Shown: positions 22,801-30,631 of the stretch, one piece after another
How the letters are laid out: the number at the start of each line of letters is the position of its first letter
Numbering within the stretch: the stretch's first letter is position 1
Translations under genes and position numbers: made by a program
The notes under the pieces: model-generated
Told to the model about the DNA's origin: nothing
The model's input: the letters and a program-made list of their open reading frames with translations, nothing else
The model's database searches: none
IMG/VR virus record: IMGVR_UViG_3300017967_000022
Span: 1-61,115 of that record
Direction: 5' to 3' (one strand)
Length of the DNA stretch: 61,115 nt
Source: a virus
Taxonomy: Duplodnaviria > Caudoviricetes

Positions 22801-25764
22801 GGCAAAGTAGGTAGAGCAGTAGCAATTATTGGCGACACTAATCTACGTACAACTCATATGACTGTTAAGTTTGATAGAGTTACCGGAACGTTCTTTATTA
22901 CATCGTTAGAAGAAACAGAATCATTTGTAGGCACAGGCGGCAAGTACAGTTTTAAACTTAAATGGCCTATTGATGTAAGAACAGACAAGGTCACAGTAAC
23001 AGTGGCTGGCGATGAAGTATTATCAGGCGAATATAATGTTACTAACATTGACGACAGTAACGGAAGAACACACTCTCGTAAAATTGGACAACTTACATTT
23101 GATGCTCCTCCAGCAAACAATAAATCAATTGTAATTGAATACCGTAAAGATATTAACCTATTAACAGCCGCAGATAGAATTAATTTATTCTACGATCCAC
23201 AAACAGGCCAACTTGCCAATGATTTAGGTCAGTTATTAGATGGTATTGATTATGGTGGTGTACAAGTTAAGAGTTTTGACTTTGGTGGCGGCTCTGGTTG
23301 GAGTGCAGATGCTTGGTTTACGTCAGCATACGACACATACGATAATACATTCGAAGACGAAGTATTCCGTATTGGCGATGATAGCACTAGAGTTTACGAC
23401 TTTTCTAACCCATTAGAAACTGGTATTGAATACAATGTTTATCTAAATGGAACACGTATTGACGATCCAAACTTTAACACAGTTAATCAAACTAATCCTA
23501 ATGCACTTATTCCAAGTATTACTGGAGCAGGACAAACCGGATTTATTTTAATAGATGACGGAACACAAGTTGAGTCAACTGTTATTAAATTTGACGAAGA
23601 AATCGTTACAGTTCAAAGCAGTGATGTACTAGTTATTCGTAAAAATACATCAGATGGTTCTTTTGTTCCTGATCCAAGAGCATATGATACTATTATAACA
23701 GGCGGCGATTTAGCATACTCAACTGCAAGTGGTATTAATCCAGAAGATATTAATATTGACGGTGACGGTTTTGTTACTCCAACAACTTCTAAAGGTCCTG
23801 AGGAATTAATTCCAGGACAGGTGTTAGACACACTTGATATTAAAGTATTTGATAGAGTCGGTGAAGGTGGTAGTATTATTGAAAGTGTTTCCTACGTAGG
23901 AAACGGAACTAAGAAAGTTTATGACTTTTTAGGCTTGCCACAAAGCAAGGATGCTGTTTTTGTAAAAGTTAATAACATTATAATTTACAACTATACAGTA
24001 GATTATAAAAACAAACAAATTACATTTGCAACTGCACCTGCATTGAACGACGAAGTTAATATCGTTACAATGAGTGGTAACGGTAACTTAATTCTTGATA
24101 TGGATGTGTTTGAGGGCGACGGATCAACTATTCAGTTTGTAACAAGGGTTGATTGGAAAGAAAATCTTAATAGTATAGTAACTGTTAATGGCGAAAGAGT
24201 CAACTATGTATTAGAAACAACAGACAGTTCTTATGATACTGCAAATAAAGTTGTTATTAGTTTTGGTGCGCCACCTGCAGAAGGTTCGGTAATTAATTAC
24301 GCTGTTTATGCAAGTAACGCACAAACATTTAGTGAAATTAAAACTGATGTTCTTGAAGCAGACGGTAGTACAGCAACTTATAATCTAAGTATTACTCCGT
24401 TTAGTTCTTTACCATCAAGTCATAACTTAATTGTTAAAGTTGGTGATAAAATTCTTAACGCAGGATATAACGAATCATTTATTGTTGATAATAGAGTTGA
24501 ATATCCATTACGTAACTGGCAACAGCCGGGTGGTACATTAGGTGCTAACGATATCTTAGTATTACTTAACGGTGTAGAACTTACATACACTTCAGACTAT
24601 ATTTTCCGTCCAGCAAACTCTAGTATTGAAATTTTTGAAAATGTTAAGATACCTGGAGCAAAATTAGATATCTATGTAACTACAGATGGCGAATACACTG
24701 TAAGTGGAAATGCAGTTACACTCAACGATGTACCTGCAGAGTTTACACCTATTAGAGTTACGCATTTTAGTAAACATGATGTACAACAGATTAATCGTAA
24801 AAATTATGATATTGTAACAAGAACTACACTTAACTTTGAAAGTGCAGGAGAAATTGAGTATAATCATTTACTAGCAGGTTTAATTAGACTTGAAAGACAA
24901 ACAATTGATGCTGAATATGTTTGGATTGTTGTAAATGGTGTACTACAAACTCCGAGTGTTGATTACAAAGTTACTAATGACAGACTATTTGTACGTATGG
25001 CTCAACCATTAAACGAAAATGATGTAGTTGAAGTTATCCAATTTGCAGAAGATGGTCCAACGGTTGCTAAGTTTGGATTTAGACAATTTAAAGATATGTT
25101 AAATAGAGTAGTTTACAAGCGTTTAGGCGATGTTAACAAATACAGATTACTAAGAGATCTTGCACCATTGGACAAAGAAATTATTGTAGAAAATGGTGAT
25201 AGTATGTTTATTCCTGATAAAACTAACAATGTTCCAGGGGTAGTGTTTATTAATGGCGAGCGTATTGAATATCTTGTAAAAGATGGCAATTCTCTACAGC
25301 AATTACGTAGAGGAACGTTAGGTACTGGTGTTAAGGACATTCATAATATAGGTGATGAGTTATTTGACCAAGGATTCCAACAGACAGTGCCATATCAAGA
25401 TAAGACTCTTGTTAACACATTTAATGGTGATGGCGTAACAACAGACTTTAACTTAGATTGGATGCCACGATCAGTAAATGAATTTGAAGTGTTTGTGGGC
25501 GGTAAACGATTAAGAAAAGCGGCAATACCAATGTTTGATGCTACACTTAATCAAGACTCGCCAGAAGGTGACGTAACAGCACCGGCAGAATTTAGTGTCA
25601 GCACAGGTGTATTGACACTAGTAACAGCACCAAGTGACGGTGTAAGAATAACAGTGGTTAGAAGGGTTGGTAAAGTATGGAATGACCCTGGAAAAACACT
25701 AGGTAAGACAGAAAATGCTATTGCACAGTTCTTAAGAGCAGAAGAGGTTGACTTACCTAAATAA
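10900..25764 (+). CDS. Giant multidomain baseplate/virion structural protein (gp7-like position), 4954 aa
   Basis: Single uninterrupted ORF after gp6. Contains FG-GAP-like propeller repeats, short aromatic carbohydrate-binding-like modules, G.GY..AP repeats and F.GDG.T..F repeats. Confidence 0.75.
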   Translation: MAFDNDQNEFPIESGNEKENRTSLKHLPRYFRTPANKKFLTSTLDQLIQPGEVEKLNSYYGRRDARARTASDNYVDDVSKQRDDYQLEPAIVIKDNFDNIDFYKDYNDYINQLRSFGNTNKDHSKINAQEYYAWNPHIDWDKFTNFREYYWLPNGPQVLPIYGQNKEIVSTFKVTIEENEDNVAYKFTPNGLTQNPTLKLYKGQTYIFEVDTPGYPIAFATNRAFTPGQALITETVEGVLAPGKFDAELYEADGYDTGEYIVQPVEGGITGFTDGENISTLFTDGVEAATVYVEKGTIKFTVPLDAPDKLFYISKDDVNTSGLITIYNIEENTEINVEEEILQKKTYQTRTDVELSNGMLVEFLGDVTPTKYSEGLWYVEGVGDSIKLINKADLEITGPYSANVYVPFDSENFDRLPFGQALNYPKDKDYITINRAAIDGNQWSRHNRWFHRDVVERVAKANDTVVDLDQSARATRPIIEFDPGLRLYNYGSKFKSNVDLVDTQTYDVFSTIEGSIGYNVDGIDLAEGLRVLFTADPDQRVNGRIYKVTFISYNGQRQIALKEEPDTEPLLDETVLVTSGVQNQGQIYWFNGTKWVKAQEKTKSNQAPKFNLYDADDISFDTYNSNTFTGTKIFSYKQGTGTNDTVLGFPLSYRNIENSGDIVFNFNLLTDKFTYQENQKDYTQQTDVATLRKYTDLTTYENVSGWKTAYQESTQKVVRQYIVEGQRNDFAVDVYDRSGDLNELNVKVFVNNDRRTDWELNRENGVAYVHFTSNLANGDILVLHCTSEADKNENGKYEFPINLQNNPLNENVVDFTYGEVNDHVASIIENVNNFSGKFPGLSNLRDIGDLSEYGTKFVQHSGALPLAMYHITNKNFNIIKALRYARKEYAKFKRSFIDIATNIGIDGNAKTVVNEIIKQWQSDKSKQSAFYWTDMIGSGANKTREFTVVDTGNKFYSLETPFNLDTISAKAVYVYLNDTQLLHNRDYTFTSEGFIKITDSVDLQLEDTILIYEYESTDASYIPPTPTKLGLWPLHIPRKFVDNSYQTPQTVIKGHDGSITKAYGDYRDDLILELEFRIYNNIKVKYDVNILDIDSFVGHKNRDTGFTRQDVNDIIITDFIEWLSIAGDPDYSAVDFYDRTNQFTWNYSTMQDPDGKALPGFWRAIYNEYLSTDTPHTTPWKILGYIEMPSWWEEVYGPAPYTNNNAILWEDLEAGRVREPNKPIRYRPNYARKGLSKTIPVDDRGNLVSPYESGYARGLIVPETNKQFVFGDEAPVETAWRRGSEYPFSILTAWLIHQPAKLIGLGFDRARIIRNTANQVVYSTTSKRVTPSSIVFPNGTDATVRVTTAGLVNYLFNYINADVTKLNETYSEEVTNIKCQLGFKVGGFTQKSKFKLLLDSRTPSNKGNVFIPEENYDIFFNVSSPVETVAYSGVIVEKRPNGYVLKGYDKSKPYFTYFKHLERAADPVINIGGVSANFLEWVPGERYQKGQIVRNGDTFFRVQVSGTFDSFNTNNFVKLAELPIDGGAEGILRRTFELGESKLLYGTLLPTRQDVIDFLLGYGKYLEKQGFSFENFNQEIETIENWELSAREFLFWTTQAWNDGSLITLSPSAIKLQFARDNAIVDNLFDNFYDYTLLKADGRKLREDFANTIRSNKNEFGLTLKNTADGIYFVKLPLVQKEHVVLIDNKTVFNDVIYNPAPGYRQARIKVLGYRSTGWNGSFDIPGFTYDNVVIKDWEPNTDYAIATVVKHKTFYYSAKYKIPGTTDFNDEDWIRLPEEPKSYMIPNFDYKANQFADFYDLDTSNFDSEQQKFAQHLIGYQNRTYLENVINDDVSQYKFYQGMIQDKGTKNSLIKFFDALSNTDKSSLEFFEEWAFKVGQYGASEGFDEVEFKINEADLRLQPQPFQLVNQIDPLATDLVYRYIPSDVYSKPTNYNHAPFPTKTLDESKTYIKTAGYVTEDDIDFKVTNYDDILDLDVKSISVGQYIWVAKRFQTFDVLRQSETDLKVTKIINSDSSQSIEITTRKTPKLEKDDIIGVLGTTPSTNRFYKVKRVSLNTIYAETSGEIEDAEETSGFIVRLESVRVPNLSNINEKVTRNNYTPNEKIWIDSDENGSWSVIQNSNSYSVQKQSFNATLAGVLGTDERGFGTSISANEINSIVAIGAPGVTLPGRVDLHFRASENLPLVLSQELDCPPNLFTGEESFGQSTAVTTDGKFIFVGIPYASNAKTNYKGNFNPGATYEDGSIVKYTNQFWRAKATVEPEDPSLDFNSFSSHVEQQVTTYDGENYDDFYFILRGNHTFVEDLADHVLIRAPKLQYDGTQIGDTLHLKWNDKNTRYPSGVQPFNGNQTLSGDFFTGEHLITEKVDDILLIDNTQAIPSVNETVSSDVAVGKVAYAYTTGDNRTIIYLKETNGDFANTGTLELGDIVVGDYERPVQQDDPAFGGWWRIDVGSSFVSTITIESKPFLVIKDIVTASQPRTPNSYANTYDSVDDLLDPGVPSYIETLTFNGDSGFEISDRWAFRLPKSIETDFAVGDTFKFWFNELRGLDNSLQQPTVLSPELTFAYLNRTDHVVDDIWNGWIEINLTNFDNSGSPTEGDQDYNPNYGNPYIPVVGDIVRDNDTLATAEVTYVEKVFNDLRLWLKNVSGTFKKGSEFGNISSISIVEGSQGAGVIRLVGTTKARYFNSNSLGPIIVVNRGENLTVGTARTLQNFEYWVYKTDILQGIPRSANPPSATNNDWARVYNVTATSVGTASNYTRQGAVAIYEKNNSNFYNLLEVLITPDADNYRHFGSKIDLVTNADGTYSAYISSRGNSTFVQPGRINTYNYSSSKGWVLGVDENYRGDFNTTVSYFEGEYTKYADKIYQANTNLIPGAFDSNDWTEIQTGVDLNGFIPNNTGFIVGEDSAIDSTNLYEFGVNYDVSDNGQVLATIVKYGDTIDSSIATPKLAIYRKLNGHFLFDQLIDAPNAGIGFGECVSVSKNGRWVVVGAPRYSEEYTNQGAVFVYQSINGRFQQVQILTGPKGLSNEKFGSTVVYDTDRLVISSAGGDLTSVTEFDDNTTVFDNGTTLFNTTLTDTGEVFVFELTGDRYVYGDKLELSDPRALYFGKILYAKGNHIYAGLPSYVRAETTVPGSVIDFRSSPNARLWEKIRQDRQVVDLDKFKGILLYDETTKQTDEYIDFIDPLQGKIAGPAEVELSFKTTYDPASYNVATTNAVVKDATTYNTTNLVGKLWWDIDAVRFINPYANTGSIFSVSNTFNTVFPGTEVEIYEWVETELTPEQWDEQADSEEGLTQGISGKSKYGMEAYSTRRVYDEPAQKFTTYNYFWVRNKVTVPNVPGRTLSAASVQQLISNPSGAGYKFATMLKNNEWTLHNLQSSIKGDSTILKFSYWTIPYTDRNVHNQYRILTDGLETSRPKSDLELKWFDSLIGFDGQGREVPDRFLSLKDKYGILNNPRQGMFVNRIEALKQFIERVNSVMLKYILIDEFDLSPLTSSDPKPTLASRRYDLEIDSEKELDYVSVGKVQPAVLSATIQDGRVLRVDIISSGRGYKTVPTVELVSATGEGADIRLTINNVGAVTEAEVINQGQNYLQTDRISVRKFTVLVTSDSTYSNRWSLYEYVGGTIPWNRIVSQSFDVDPYWYYTDWYAENWNALTKTDFVIDNPYELESINDTFGDIVKINNVGSGGWLMLRKIDDQPNVDYTVNYQTIGRENATIQFSKALYDFSEDLVGYDSFGYDDSAFDLIPVQELRIILQTIRDNIFIDNLAIHYNELFFAQMRYVLTEQNFVDWMFKTSFIKAKHNVGKLRKDITFNNDWLPSYEAYVEEVKPYKTKIREYLSTYESLEETGTTVTDFDLAPFYSDVKGRIIPRTEKVIDDTIQGTAITDYPAKHWLDNASFKIKDIDIADAGSGYENAPGVEFVGGGGSGAKAIAYVGGGKITEIKITNPGTGYLSAPEIILNGSVADGGKVGRAVAIIGDTNLRTTHMTVKFDRVTGTFFITSLEETESFVGTGGKYSFKLKWPIDVRTDKVTVTVAGDEVLSGEYNVTNIDDSNGRTHSRKIGQLTFDAPPANNKSIVIEYRKDINLLTAADRINLFYDPQTGQLANDLGQLLDGIDYGGVQVKSFDFGGGSGWSADAWFTSAYDTYDNTFEDEVFRIGDDSTRVYDFSNPLETGIEYNVYLNGTRIDDPNFNTVNQTNPNALIPSITGAGQTGFILIDDGTQVESTVIKFDEEIVTVQSSDVLVIRKNTSDGSFVPDPRAYDTIITGGDLAYSTASGINPEDINIDGDGFVTPTTSKGPEELIPGQVLDTLDIKVFDRVGEGGSIIESVSYVGNGTKKVYDFLGLPQSKDAVFVKVNNIIIYNYTVDYKNKQITFATAPALNDEVNIVTMSGNGNLILDMDVFEGDGSTIQFVTRVDWKENLNSIVTVNGERVNYVLETTDSSYDTANKVVISFGAPPAEGSVINYAVYASNAQTFSEIKTDVLEADGSTATYNLSITPFSSLPSSHNLIVKVGDKILNAGYNESFIVDNRVEYPLRNWQQPGGTLGANDILVLLNGVELTYTSDYIFRPANSSIEIFENVKIPGAKLDIYVTTDGEYTVSGNAVTLNDVPAEFTPIRVTHFSKHDVQQINRKNYDIVTRTTLNFESAGEIEYNHLLAGLIRLERQTIDAEYVWIVVNGVLQTPSVDYKVTNDRLFVRMAQPLNENDVVEVIQFAEDGPTVAKFGFRQFKDMLNRVVYKRLGDVNKYRLLRDLAPLDKEIIVENGDSMFIPDKTNNVPGVVFINGERIEYLVKDGNSLQQLRRGTLGTGVKDIHNIGDELFDQGFQQTVPYQDKTLVNTFNGDGVTTDFNLDWMPRSVNEFEVFVGGKRLRKAAIPMFDATLNQDSPEGDVTAPAEFSVSTGVLTLVTAPSDGVRITVVRRVGKVWNDPGKTLGKTENAIAQFLRAEEVDLPK

Positions 25765-25767
25765 ATA
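25761..25767 (+). promoter_or_regulatory. Late promoter
   Basis: ATAAATA overlapping the stop of the giant ORF, then AGGA RBS and ATG at 25786. Confidence 0.6.
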
Positions 25768-25785
25768 CAATGTAGGAAAACAAAA

Positions 25786-26400
25786 ATGACAGATAATTTA
25801 CTAGACAAAAACGGAGTGTTAGTGCAAGGGCATATTAAGATTTTTAACCCCGAAACTAACGAAGTTTATATTGATAAACGCAATGCTATTCATTATGAGA
25901 ATATGAGTATTGCTCTTGCTGAATCGCTAGCCAATGCAGGCCAGGGATTTGTGTACGAAATGGCTTTTGGTAACGGGGGTACTAGTGTTGATCCTACAGG
26001 CATTATTACTTACTTGACACCAAACAGCACAGGTACAAACGCTAGTTTATACAACCAAACTTACAAAAAGATCGTTGATGATCAGTCAGTAAATAACGTC
26101 GATCCTAACAGAAACAAAATTGAAACACGCCACGTAAGTGGTACTAACTACACAGATATTTTAGTACAGTGTTTGCTAGATTACGGCGAGCCAAATGGCC
26201 AAGAAGCAAACGATACTGCTACTGATACAGAAAGTGCATTTGTGTTTGACGAACTAGGACTTTTAAGTTATTCACCTACAGGGCAAGGCAGACTACTTAC
26301 ACACGTTATTTTCCACCCTGTACAGAAATCTTTAAACAGACTTATTCAAATTGATTACACAGTAAGAGTACAAAGTTTAACAGGTTTTAACGAGGGGTAA
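25786..26400 (+). CDS. Virion structural protein (baseplate/fibre attachment)
   Basis: MAFGNGG and FDELGL...LLTHVIF.PV.K motifs; lies between baseplate and fibre genes. Confidence 0.55.
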   Translation: MTDNLLDKNGVLVQGHIKIFNPETNEVYIDKRNAIHYENMSIALAESLANAGQGFVYEMAFGNGGTSVDPTGIITYLTPNSTGTNASLYNQTYKKIVDDQSVNNVDPNRNKIETRHVSGTNYTDILVQCLLDYGEPNGQEANDTATDTESAFVFDELGLLSYSPTGQGRLLTHVIFHPVQKSLNRLIQIDYTVRVQSLTGFNEG

Positions 26401-26404
26401 TTAG

Positions 26405-28480
26405 ATGGCATATACTATTAATTACACGGATATAACTAACAAGGGTAGTATTGTCATTGAAGATAACACAGTTGACACTACAACAAGTTTAAATATTCCG
26501 GGTAGATTTACAACAGATTACGGAACTCTAATAGGACAAAACTTTTTACAACTATTAGAAAATTTCGCTAACAGTTCAGCACCCCCAAGACCAATTGAAG
26601 GTCAGTTATGGTATGATACAAACGTTGGTGTTAACTTACTTAAATTATATGATGGCACCAACTGGATCGAAGCCGGCGGCTTAAAGCGTGGAGATGTTGC
26701 TCCTAATGTTGCTAATTCAGTAGCAGGTGACCTTTGGGCAGATACTGATAACCAACAACTTTATTTGTTTACTGGTTCGGGTTGGATTTTAGTAGGACCA
26801 GAATTTAGTGAAGGACTAGCGGCTGGTGTTAAACCTACAACATTGACAGGCACTGACAACGTAAACTATACTGCATTACAAGTTGAGATTGGTGGTAAAG
26901 TTCTTGCAATTTATACTTCAAGTGCGTTTACACCTAAAGCAACTATTCAAGGATTTAGTTCATTAAAACCAGGTTTTAACATGAGCACCGTAAACATTAC
27001 AGGTGCAGGTGTTCCTAAGTATTATGGTATTGCAGAGAAAGCAGAATCACTAATTGTTTCAGGTGAATCAGAGCCTGTACTTGCTTCTAACTTTTTAAGA
27101 GGCGACAAAGCATCAACATCAAATCAATCTTTAACAATTAAAAATAATACAGGTGTATTAGTTGGTAGTGATGCCGTTATGCAAATTGGTATCGAAGGCC
27201 AGAACGCTATTATTTCAAATAACACTTCGGGTGCAAATATTGATTTAAGAGTTAATAATGCAGGCGACTTACAGCCGGTAGTTAGAATTGACTCAACACA
27301 AAAAGTTGGTATTAACAATTTATCACCAGCAGAAGCACTTGATGTTAATGGTAATGCTATTATTTCAAACAATTTAATTGTTAATGGTATTGCAGAAGCA
27401 GTAAACATCGGAACAGGTTCTATTATTGCTAAAGGTGGTTTAGGTGTTGCCAAGAGTGTTAGAATTGGAAACGCATTAGAAGTTAATGGACCAACAACTA
27501 TTGGTGATAATGTATTGCCAGATGTTACAAACTCTATTAGTATTGGCTCAACAGATTTTAAATTTGCAGAAATTAACGCAAACACATTTAGAGGTAACCT
27601 AGTTGGTAACGTAACAGGTACAGTTACAGGACGTTCAGGTAGTTCAGATAAACTAGCAAGTAGAACAACATTTACGGTTAGTGGTGATGTTACAGCACCA
27701 AACATTATTTTTGATGGTCAATATACAGCACCAGGCGAAACAACACTTGTAAAGAATTTTGAAATTAGTGTAAACAGTACTTTTGTTACAAATAAACCTA
27801 GTGTTCCAACATCAAGATTTGATGACGAATTTTTAATTAACAGACTTAATGACGAAAATGGTAGCGGTACAGGTCTTAAAAAGATTTCACGCAGTAACTT
27901 GTTTTCAGCATTACCAGTTAATCCGGTAGGTATTATTACACCTTACGCAGGTGATGTATCAAACGAAGATACACTTGAAATTGCAGGTTGGTTATTCTGC
28001 GATGGTAGAGAATTGTTTATTACAGAATGGCCTGAATTATATGCTGTCATTGGTACTAAGTATAAAGCAAACCCTGCATTAGGTAAATTTGCTTTACCCG
28101 ACTTGCGTGGTAGATTCCCACTAGGTCAAGATAACATGGGTACAACCCAAGGACCGGCAAATAGAGTAACAGACGAAAACGCTGATACACTAGGCGGTAC
28201 AGCAGGTGTTGAAGCAAAACCAATTGAAGTTAAAAACTTACCAGAACACGAACACGATTTACGTGGACCAAGCGGAACACAATATTATGTTTCACGAGAT
28301 GTATCAGGTGCAACACAAGATGCAGATGCAACAGTTTCAGATGCACCAACTGGTACTAATGCAGGACAGAAATTCCCATTCTCAGGCGGCGTGGTAAGTA
28401 ACACAGCAGTAGGACAAGATTTTAATATTATGAATCCTTACTTGGCTGTTAACTATCTAATTTACGCGGGGGCAAAATAA
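26405..28480 (+). CDS. Tail fibre protein with C-terminal tail-collar domain
   Basis: PVG.I.PYAG...GWLFCDG......WPELYAVIG..Y....F.LPDLRGRFP.G collar motif; N-terminal module shared with the next two genes. Confidence 0.8.
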   Translation: MAYTINYTDITNKGSIVIEDNTVDTTTSLNIPGRFTTDYGTLIGQNFLQLLENFANSSAPPRPIEGQLWYDTNVGVNLLKLYDGTNWIEAGGLKRGDVAPNVANSVAGDLWADTDNQQLYLFTGSGWILVGPEFSEGLAAGVKPTTLTGTDNVNYTALQVEIGGKVLAIYTSSAFTPKATIQGFSSLKPGFNMSTVNITGAGVPKYYGIAEKAESLIVSGESEPVLASNFLRGDKASTSNQSLTIKNNTGVLVGSDAVMQIGIEGQNAIISNNTSGANIDLRVNNAGDLQPVVRIDSTQKVGINNLSPAEALDVNGNAIISNNLIVNGIAEAVNIGTGSIIAKGGLGVAKSVRIGNALEVNGPTTIGDNVLPDVTNSISIGSTDFKFAEINANTFRGNLVGNVTGTVTGRSGSSDKLASRTTFTVSGDVTAPNIIFDGQYTAPGETTLVKNFEISVNSTFVTNKPSVPTSRFDDEFLINRLNDENGSGTGLKKISRSNLFSALPVNPVGIITPYAGDVSNEDTLEIAGWLFCDGRELFITEWPELYAVIGTKYKANPALGKFALPDLRGRFPLGQDNMGTTQGPANRVTDENADTLGGTAGVEAKPIEVKNLPEHEHDLRGPSGTQYYVSRDVSGATQDADATVSDAPTGTNAGQKFPFSGGVVSNTAVGQDFNIMNPYLAVNYLIYAGAK

Positions 28481-30597
28481 TGGCATATCAGATTAATAAG
28501 ACAGACGGCGACTTACTAGTAGAATTAGTTGATGGACAACTTAATACACAAACTACTGACATTTCACTAATTGGTCGTAACTACTCTGGTTTTGGTGAGC
28601 CTATTAATGAAAACTTTGTTAAAATATTAGAAAACTTTTCTAATTCACAAGCACCTGCTAATCCACTTACAGGTCAACTTTGGTATGACACAGGTGAAGC
28701 AAGACTTAAAATTTTTAACGGTAGTCAATTTAAAAGTGCAGGCGGACCAATTGTTAGTCCAACACAACCTCAATTAGTTGCTGGAGACCTTTGGATTGAC
28801 AATCAAAACAACAAATTATATTTTTACGATGGAACTGATTTAGTATTAGTTGGTCCGGACTTTGCAACTTCTGAAGGCACAAGTGGTTTCACAACAGAAA
28901 CAATTTTAGATACTACACAAACTAACAGAACTATTGTTAAATTAAATGTTGGCGGACAAGTAGAAGCAGTCCTTTCTAATATTAGATTTACACCAAACAC
29001 AAGTAATCCTATTAACGGTATTACCGGTGTTGTAGAAAAAGGTATTAATATCCTTGATAGTGATTTTAAATTACACGGTACAGCAACATCGGCAGATACA
29101 ATTATTAACGCACAAGGCGTTAAGAAAAATGCATCACAGTTTATGGCCACTGATGCTAATTCAACTACCAATGGTACTATCACTACAATTAACAATGGCG
29201 GTATTACAGTAGGACCAGAAGACAACGTTGCTCTTAAGATTGTAAACAACCAAACAGTGTTATCAAATGCTGTACGTGATAGAAACTTTGAATTAACAGT
29301 AAGAAAATCAAGCGGTACAACAAGTGCAATTAAAGTTAATACTGCTCAAAGTTACTTAGGTATTTTTAATTCAAGTCCACAAGCAACACTAGATGTTGGT
29401 GGTGATGTTATTATTTCAGGTAACTTGTCAGTACAAGGTGAAACATTTAATACAGATGTTGAAAACTTAAGAATTAAAGATATTAATATTGAACTTGCAC
29501 TAGCATCTGATAGTACATTGTTAACAGATGCTCAAGTTGATAACGCAGGTATTATTGTTCGTTCAACACCTAATGATAAAGAGTTTTTATGGAAGAATGC
29601 AACAAACGCATTTACAACAAATACATATTATGATTCAACACAAGGTTACAAGTTTAACGGTAACACAATGGTTTCAATGGCAGGTAGTCCTGCTGTTCCA
29701 ACACTTAATCATATTATTGACGCACCTGATTTACAAACAGTTGGAACACTAACAGAACTACAAGTTGACAATGTTAATATTAACGGACCAACAATTAGTA
29801 CAACTACTAATGAACTTCAATTAACAAGTTCAACAAATGAAATTAGTGTATTAAACAATAGAATTACAAATCTAGGCACACCAACAGTTGATGCTGATGC
29901 GGCAACTAAAAAATATGTTGACGATTCGATTGATAACGAAGGTGTTGTTATGGCATTGAATATCACTGGATTAGGTTATGATCCTAATCAAAATGGTGGT
30001 ACCACATTTGCAAATAATATTACTACATTGCTAGAAGAAATTGTTCCAGCAAGTACTAAGAAAAATGGAAGCCAAGCAAAGATTCATGCTACAGACCAAA
30101 CGGCGGCAGTAGCAACTCTATCGGCGGCAGACATGAATAATGCACTAGAAGAAAGTACAGTATCAGTTGATAAAACTGTTACAGTATCAACAAGAACAAT
30201 TATAGGTGTAACAACAGGTGTTACAACTATTTTACAATTAGATGCAGTTCACGGATATGATGCAGGCCGTAGCGTAATTATCGCAGGAGCAACATATAAT
30301 ACAGGAACAGCATGGGCAAACTTAAATGGAACATGGAATATTGACAGAATTGTTAGTTCAACTGAAATAGAAGTGTCAGCAAACACTAGTACTGATGGTG
30401 CATTTGCTTACGATGCTTCAAGTGGTACTACGCAACGTGTTACAGAAGTCGGCCAAGAAAACGAAGATGTGCTAAAAGACGTAGAATTTAGTGATGTAAC
30501 TGGATCGGTAACACTAACAGTTAACAGATATGTCGTTACTTGCACAGTAAACGGGGGTGCTTGGACATTTACAAGCGGTGCAAACTCAGCGGTATGA
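28480..30597 (+). CDS. Tail fibre protein (paralog 2)
   Basis: MAY.INKTDG...G.NY.G.GE..NENF...LENF....P..P..GQLWYD N-terminus; RITNLGTP....DAATKKYVD fibre motif; T/N/G-rich. Confidence 0.7.
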   Translation: MAYQINKTDGDLLVELVDGQLNTQTTDISLIGRNYSGFGEPINENFVKILENFSNSQAPANPLTGQLWYDTGEARLKIFNGSQFKSAGGPIVSPTQPQLVAGDLWIDNQNNKLYFYDGTDLVLVGPDFATSEGTSGFTTETILDTTQTNRTIVKLNVGGQVEAVLSNIRFTPNTSNPINGITGVVEKGINILDSDFKLHGTATSADTIINAQGVKKNASQFMATDANSTTNGTITTINNGGITVGPEDNVALKIVNNQTVLSNAVRDRNFELTVRKSSGTTSAIKVNTAQSYLGIFNSSPQATLDVGGDVIISGNLSVQGETFNTDVENLRIKDINIELALASDSTLLTDAQVDNAGIIVRSTPNDKEFLWKNATNAFTTNTYYDSTQGYKFNGNTMVSMAGSPAVPTLNHIIDAPDLQTVGTLTELQVDNVNINGPTISTTTNELQLTSSTNEISVLNNRITNLGTPTVDADAATKKYVDDSIDNEGVVMALNITGLGYDPNQNGGTTFANNITTLLEEIVPASTKKNGSQAKIHATDQTAAVATLSAADMNNALEESTVSVDKTVTVSTRTIIGVTTGVTTILQLDAVHGYDAGRSVIIAGATYNTGTAWANLNGTWNIDRIVSSTEIEVSANTSTDGAFAYDASSGTTQRVTEVGQENEDVLKDVEFSDVTGSVTLTVNRYVVTCTVNGGAWTFTSGANSAV

Positions 30598-30599
30598 CG

Positions 30600-30606
30600 A
30601 TAAATA
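30600..30606 (+). promoter_or_regulatory. Late promoter
   Basis: Intergenic ATAAATA, then AGGGG RBS and ATG at 30632. Confidence 0.6.
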
Positions 30607-30631
30607 CAAACAATAAAAGGGGTTTTTAACT

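Noticed and set aside
10900-25764. Intein, intron or homing endonuclease inflating the giant ORF
   Set aside because: No splice-junction, LAGLIDADG or HNH motifs were recognised; the length is explained by repeated structural modules
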